DNA of 64,000 nucleotides. Origin: a virus. Lineage: Duplodnaviria; Heunggongvirae; Uroviricota; Caudoviricetes. A program made the position numbers and the translations under genes. The notes beneath the pieces were generated by a model. That model was not told where the DNA came from. It saw nothing but the letters and a program-made list of their open reading frames with translations, and searched no databases. Positions 60,034 to 64,000 of this stretch are shown here, piece after piece; positions within the stretch are counted from its first letter, which is position 1; the number at the start of each line of letters is the position of its first letter. The stretch lies in the IMG/VR virus record IMGVR_UViG_3300035659_000001; one strand, written 5' to 3'.

Positions 60034-60627
60034 ATGACCTCGGTTATTGTTTTAACTAGAGACTATCAATTTTGGGGAGAAATTGATTTAGAATCTAAAG
60101 GCAGACAAAGATTTTGGAAGTTATTATCAAAAGAAAAAATAGAAATCTTAGCTGCAGATGAATATGAAGAAATAGGTACTACATCTTTTAAAGTAAAAAA
60201 ACCGTTTGTTATTCGCTTACTAAAATTTGTAGGCTATAAAATAAAGAAATCAGAGATTAATTGGAGTGCTGAAGCTATTTTTGCAAGAGACAATAATGTA
60301 TGTCAATACTGGCATTATAATGAATATAGTAAGTCATTTAAATACCGTTGCAAAGATGGCGAAAGAACAATTGATCATTTAGAACCGAGGTCAAGAGGCG
60401 GAGAAAATACGTTTGAAAATACGGTCTGTGCATGTCATGACTGTAACGTGAATATTAAAAAAGATAGACCGCTAAAAGATACTGGTCTAAAATTAATAAG
60501 AAAGCCGTTTGTGCCAAAACAGAATAAAGATGATTTTGCAATTATAAAATTTGCGTATAATCCTAATAAACTATCACATAGAATATATGTTGAAAGAATA
60601 TTGGGAGGAGAAGTTTTAGGAGATTAG
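60034..60627 (+). CDS. HNH endonuclease (McrA-like)
   Basis: P.VIRL, IFARD...CQY, TIDH..PRSRGG..TFEN.V.AC..CN. Confidence 0.88.
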   Translation: MTSVIVLTRDYQFWGEIDLESKGRQRFWKLLSKEKIEILAADEYEEIGTTSFKVKKPFVIRLLKFVGYKIKKSEINWSAEAIFARDNNVCQYWHYNEYSKSFKYRCKDGERTIDHLEPRSRGGENTFENTVCACHDCNVNIKKDRPLKDTGLKLIRKPFVPKQNKDDFAIIKFAYNPNKLSHRIYVERILGGEVLGD

Positions 60628-60691
60628 CTCAGACAGTTAGAGCACAGTCCTGATAAGACTGAGGTGACTGGCGCGATACCAGTATCTCCTA
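60618..60691 (+). tRNA. tRNA-Ile(GAU)
   Basis: CAGTC-CTGATAA-GACTG; atypical T-loop CGCGATA; overlaps the HNH stop. Confidence 0.85.
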
Positions 60692-60763
60692 TTTTTACAA
60701 TTTTAGAGTTGAATATGAACTTTATTTGTGACAATTAAGACAATTATGAAACAAGGAGCTTTT

Positions 60764-60940
60764 ATGATTGATGCTAAAATGTTAGTAGATAGTCAAGTTT
60801 GTGTTTCATTTGCAGAAGCTAGAAGTTTAATACAGAGTATGTCTGAAGAAAAACTAGTGCAACTATTGAAACAAAAGCAAGATCAACAATGGGGTCGTAA
60901 ACTTAAAAAATCTGTTAGATTAGTATGGCCTGAATTATGA
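60764..60940 (+). CDS. hypothetical protein
   Basis: AGGAG RBS. Confidence 0.55.
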   Translation: MIDAKMLVDSQVCVSFAEARSLIQSMSEEKLVQLLKQKQDQQWGRKLKKSVRLVWPEL

Positions 60941-61188
60941 TTTATGTTGATGATTTGAAACAATATGATACTAAATTGAAAAATAAAACATGGTGTCATT
61001 TATGGGCTGATGATGTTTCAGAGTTACATGAATTTGCTCAGAAAATAGGTTTAAAACGCGAGTGGTTTCAAAATAAAAAATTATTTGCTCATTATGATTT
61101 AGTGTTAAATAAAAGAATATTAGCACTTGAAAACGGAGCAACATATATTAATTTAAAGCAATATTTAAAAACAAAAGTGCTACAGTAG
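60937..61188 (+). CDS. DUF4031-family protein
   Basis: IYVD, WCHLWAD..ELHEFA..IGLKREWFQ...HYDL...R..A...GA. Confidence 0.85.
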   Translation: MIYVDDLKQYDTKLKNKTWCHLWADDVSELHEFAQKIGLKREWFQNKKLFAHYDLVLNKRILALENGATYINLKQYLKTKVLQ

Positions 61189-61251
61189 CTCAATTAGTAG
61201 AGTTCATCCTTTGTAACGATGATGTTGCGGGTGCGAGTCCTGCCTGTAGCT
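61179..61251 (+). tRNA. tRNA-Thr(UGU)
   Basis: CATC.-TTTGTAA-.GATG; T-loop TGCGAGT. Confidence 0.83.
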
Positions 61252-61256
61252 TTTAA

Positions 61257-61292
61257 AACACGAGGTTGACAGTGCAAGTCTGTCCAGATCCA
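61257..61292 (+). pseudogene. tRNA 3' half (possibly Ala: U70, A73)
   Basis: AA-CACGA-GGTT-GACAG-TGCAAGT-CTGTC-CAGATCC-A with no 5' half. Confidence 0.55.
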
Positions 61293-61303
61293 TTATAGAT
61301 TTT

Positions 61304-61383
61304 GCCCGTATAGTCGAGTCTGCCTTCTAAGTAGATAATCGTAATTGGAACTGAAAATACTGGTTCGAATCCAGTTACGGGTA
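61304..61383 (+). tRNA. atypical tRNA-Arg(UCU) lacking a canonical D-arm
   Basis: GCCCGTA/TACGGGT, TCTGC-CTTCTAA-GTAGA, ACTGG-TTCGAAT-CCAGT. Confidence 0.72.
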
Positions 61384-61460
61384 TTAATTTTTTAAAGAAA
61401 GTGAGATATTTTTCTAAAGAAAGAATAGGTCAAATTTAATCCGAGTTAATCAATATCATA

Positions 61461-61482
61461 AAAAGCCAGATTTCTGGCTTTT
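61461..61482. terminator. bidirectional terminator-like hairpin ending the tRNA operon
   Basis: AAAAGCCAG-ATTT-CTGGCTTTT. Confidence 0.65.
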
Positions 61483-62187
61483 GTTACGTCTAGAGCATTT
61501 TAAAAAGATATTTTGAACAAAACAGCCCCCATAATATCGTGCGCGCGTATAGACACGTGATTCAATGAAAATAAATTTTTCGATCAAGTTAAAACTTGAA
61601 TGTCCATTTGTAAACCTAGCAATAACGACAGCTGCATGCTATTCTAAATTCTTTGTTTACATTTTGCGAAGAGTTACTTTTCTTATGAAAAAATGGCAAA
61701 TTATAAATTGAAAATGCCTGTTTCTAACGCGATGCGTGCGCGCTAGTGCGATGTGCGCGTACACGCGCGAAAACAGACAATTACGATCTCTGCACGTGAA
61801 AGCTGCAACTAAAAATTATAGTGTGTTTACATTTAGGAAAAATTTGATGAATGTGGACAGTTGGTTTTGTAGTATCGCGATAATTTACATCTACGCGTTG
61901 AGAAATGTCAGTTGTCGTAGACTTTGTAGAAAAATTTAAAAATGAGATACTATTTAGTAATAACATTATAATTAGAATTTAAGTCGCCCAGTTCATAAAA
62001 AAAAAGTTTTTTAAGCATTCGTAAACTTTTGTTGAGAAAATGCATATAAAAAAATGAGCCTTTCGAAGAAAGGATCATGTCATTATGTACTCAAAAATAA
62101 GTCTATTCGTAAGTTAAGATCTAAGAGTTTCAATGAATACTCGATTAACATGAAATCTTGTAATTTATATAATTGTAAGCCGACAAA

Positions 62188-62910
62188 ATGCGAATATTTA
62201 TAACTGGTGATACTCATATACCTTATGATATTAGTAAACTTAATTCAACTAATTTCTCAGTTCAAAAAACGTTTAAAGAAGAAGCTGCTATAGTGATAGT
62301 ATGTGGTGATTTTGGTTTATTATGGAAAAATTATCTAGATAATGAAGAAGCATACTGGACTAAATGGTTGAATGAAAGAATGTACACTGTAGCATTTATT
62401 GATGGAAATCACGAGAACTTTGCTAGGTTGAATAGATTGTCTGAAGTAGAGATGTTTGGTGGTAAAGTTGGTAAAGTAAGTGACAAGATATATCATTTGA
62501 AAAGAGGAGAGATTTATAGCATAGATGGTAAGAAATTCTTTTGTATGGGCGGAGCTAGGAGTACTGATAAAAGTAGCAGGATTGTGAATATTAGTTGGTG
62601 GAAAGAAGAAGAGCATTCATATAAAGAGATTGAAAATGCATTGAGTAATTTAGAGAAGAACAATAATGAAGTAGATTATATAATAGCGCATACATTACCA
62701 GTAACTATGATATATAAATATTATGAGATTATTAAAGATGACGAGATACAGGAACAATACATTAAAGATAATATCGAAGATTCAGTTGCAAAGTTTTTGC
62801 AAGAAGTTTGTAATAAAGTGAAGTTTAAAGAGTATTTTTGTGGACATTTTCACGATGATAAGCAAATAGGTAATTTCAACATATTATTTGAAAAAATAAT
62901 TGAGATATAA
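62188..62910 (+). CDS. calcineurin-like metallophosphoesterase
   Basis: TGDTH, CGDFG, DGNHE, AHT.P, GHFH. Confidence 0.92.
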   Translation: MRIFITGDTHIPYDISKLNSTNFSVQKTFKEEAAIVIVCGDFGLLWKNYLDNEEAYWTKWLNERMYTVAFIDGNHENFARLNRLSEVEMFGGKVGKVSDKIYHLKRGEIYSIDGKKFFCMGGARSTDKSSRIVNISWWKEEEHSYKEIENALSNLEKNNNEVDYIIAHTLPVTMIYKYYEIIKDDEIQEQYIKDNIEDSVAKFLQEVCNKVKFKEYFCGHFHDDKQIGNFNILFEKIIEI

Positions 62911-62965
62911 TAAAAATATGTTTCTTTGACTAAAATGATATATATTAAGTATAGGTGATGAAATT

Positions 62966-63043
62966 ATGAAAAATCTTAATTCAAACAGTTTATATCGGCT
63001 AGGTCAACGACAACCGCGACCAAAAGGCAAGAATAATGTTTGA
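62966..63043 (+). CDS. putative attenuator leader peptide (Gln/Pro/Arg block, 25 aa)
   Basis: AGGTGA RBS; MKNLNSNSLYRLGQRQPRPKGKNNV*. Confidence 0.7.
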   Translation: MKNLNSNSLYRLGQRQPRPKGKNNV

Positions 63044-63109
63044 GTGAGATAGTGTAGAAGTTATTGAATAAAAAAAGAGTCTCACTTGAAAAAGAGGGAC
63101 TCTTTTTTT
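63039..63109 (+). promoter_or_regulatory. attenuator (antiterminator/terminator pair)
   Basis: Terminator AAAAAAGAGTCTCACTT-GAAA-AAGAGGGACTCTTTTTTT; TTTGAGTGAGA (63039-49) can pair with TCTCACTTGAA (63080-90). Confidence 0.75.
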
Positions 63110-63121
63110 ATTTGGAATAAA

Positions 63122-63194
63122 CGGGGCGTAGCTCAATTGGCTGAGCACATGATTTGGGTTCATGCGGTTATCAGTTCGACTCTGATTGCCCCGA
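63122..63194 (+). tRNA. tRNA-Pro(UGG)
   Basis: CATGA-TTTGGGT-TCATG. Confidence 0.92.
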
Positions 63195-63225
63195 TAAATC
63201 ATTGGATTAATGATTGAAAATATAC

Positions 63226-63300
63226 TGGAGCATGGTGTAATTGGCAACACAGAAGCCCTTGGAGTTTCTTTTCATGGTTCGAGTCCATGTGCTCCAGCCA
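63226..63300 (+). tRNA. tRNA-Gln(UUG)
   Basis: GAAGC-CCTTGGA-GTTTC (C33); U1:A72; encoded CCA. Confidence 0.88.
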
Positions 63301-63545
63301 ATTTTGAAATTATTAGAAAATTATAATGATAGTGAAATATTATCTAAGATAAAAAAACTACTGTAGTCTTCTTCAATTTATTTTAATCTTTTACAAATTT
63401 ATTTTCTTTTCATTGTAAAACTATTTGATTTAAATAACTTAATTAAGAGATTATTTTATGTTAAAAGTTTTAATAAACTAAATTTGTTCATCAACATTTA
63501 GTTTTTGATTTTAAAGCTTGTAAATTGATTAAAGGGAGTATAGTT

Positions 63546-63725
63546 ATGAATGCTAAAGAAGTAATTATGGAATTGGGTTTCACGAATGAAGAGGAGTTTA
63601 ATGCTCTTGTAAATTCTTTGGATTTGACAAAGCCCGGCGCAGTTGAAAAGCTTAAGACGTGGCAAACGACTAATCTTACAAAAGCATCGTTGTTGAAGTT
63701 GAAAGAAGAATTAGATAAGACGTAA
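63546..63725 (+). CDS. hypothetical protein
   Basis: GGGAG RBS. Confidence 0.6.
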   Translation: MNAKEVIMELGFTNEEEFNALVNSLDLTKPGAVEKLKTWQTTNLTKASLLKLKEELDKT

Positions 63726-63766
63726 TCATTACGAAACATAATTAAGATTTTAGAAAGAAGGTAGAC

Positions 63767-64000
63767 ATGTATCATACAAGTCTCATTGACAATGATTTAT
63801 ATAAATTTACTATGGAATGGGCAGTTTGTAAGTTATATCCGGATTTGAAAGTTCGGTATACTTTAATAATTAGAGACGACGTAGAATTTCCTGTAGGTTT
63901 TGCAAATCGATTAAAAGAAATTGTAGATAGTTATAGAGGACTAACACTTAAAAAAAATGAGAAAGATTTTCTTAGATATAAGTGTTATTATTTACCAAGT
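63767..64000 (+). CDS. pncB: nicotinate phosphoribosyltransferase (partial; runs off the window)
   Basis: MYHTSLIDNDLYKFTMEWAV..LYP...V.Y....R....FP.GF...L. Confidence 0.8.
   Translation, partial: MYHTSLIDNDLYKFTMEWAVCKLYPDLKVRYTLIIRDDVEFPVGFANRLKEIVDSYRGLTLKKNEKDFLRYKCYYLPS

Noticed and set aside
1-64000. Stop-codon reassignment (alternative genetic code)
   Set aside because: Long conserved genes are intact under code 11, and TAA, TAG and TGA all end genes at the expected places.

Overview
AT-rich window from a large (jumbo/huge) dsDNA bacteriophage. Evidence: dense small hypothetical ORFs, nucleotide metabolism (class II RNR with a mini-intein, dUTPase, dCTP deaminase, NT5C), SbcD and RuvC nucleases, about 16 tRNA or tRNA-like genes interleaved with homing endonucleases, a tmRNA 5' fragment and two TnpB-like genes. 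Secreted proteins with T9SS-CTD-like and HYR-like motifs hint at an FCB-group host. The GC skew inverts sharply at ~4.27 kb inside a repeat-rich non-coding region (candidate replication origin). Most interesting candidates: (1) two unannotated leader-peptide attenuators (59595-59769 and 62966-63109) in front of tRNA operons. Each leader is rich in the codons read by the tRNAs downstream of it, and each has an antiterminator strand overlapping its stop codon, suggesting tRNA genes that switch on when the matching host tRNAs are depleted. (2) Six proteins sharing a ~45-aa N-terminal leader fused to unrelated cargo (possible capsid-targeting signal). (3) Three dispersed fragments resembling different parts of an HK97-fold major capsid protein. 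(4) Several topologically unusual tRNA-like RNAs. (5) An ADP-ribose/NAD toolkit. All family calls are by motif recognition from memory; no searches were run. Several abrupt gene truncations could be real deletions or assembly artefacts.
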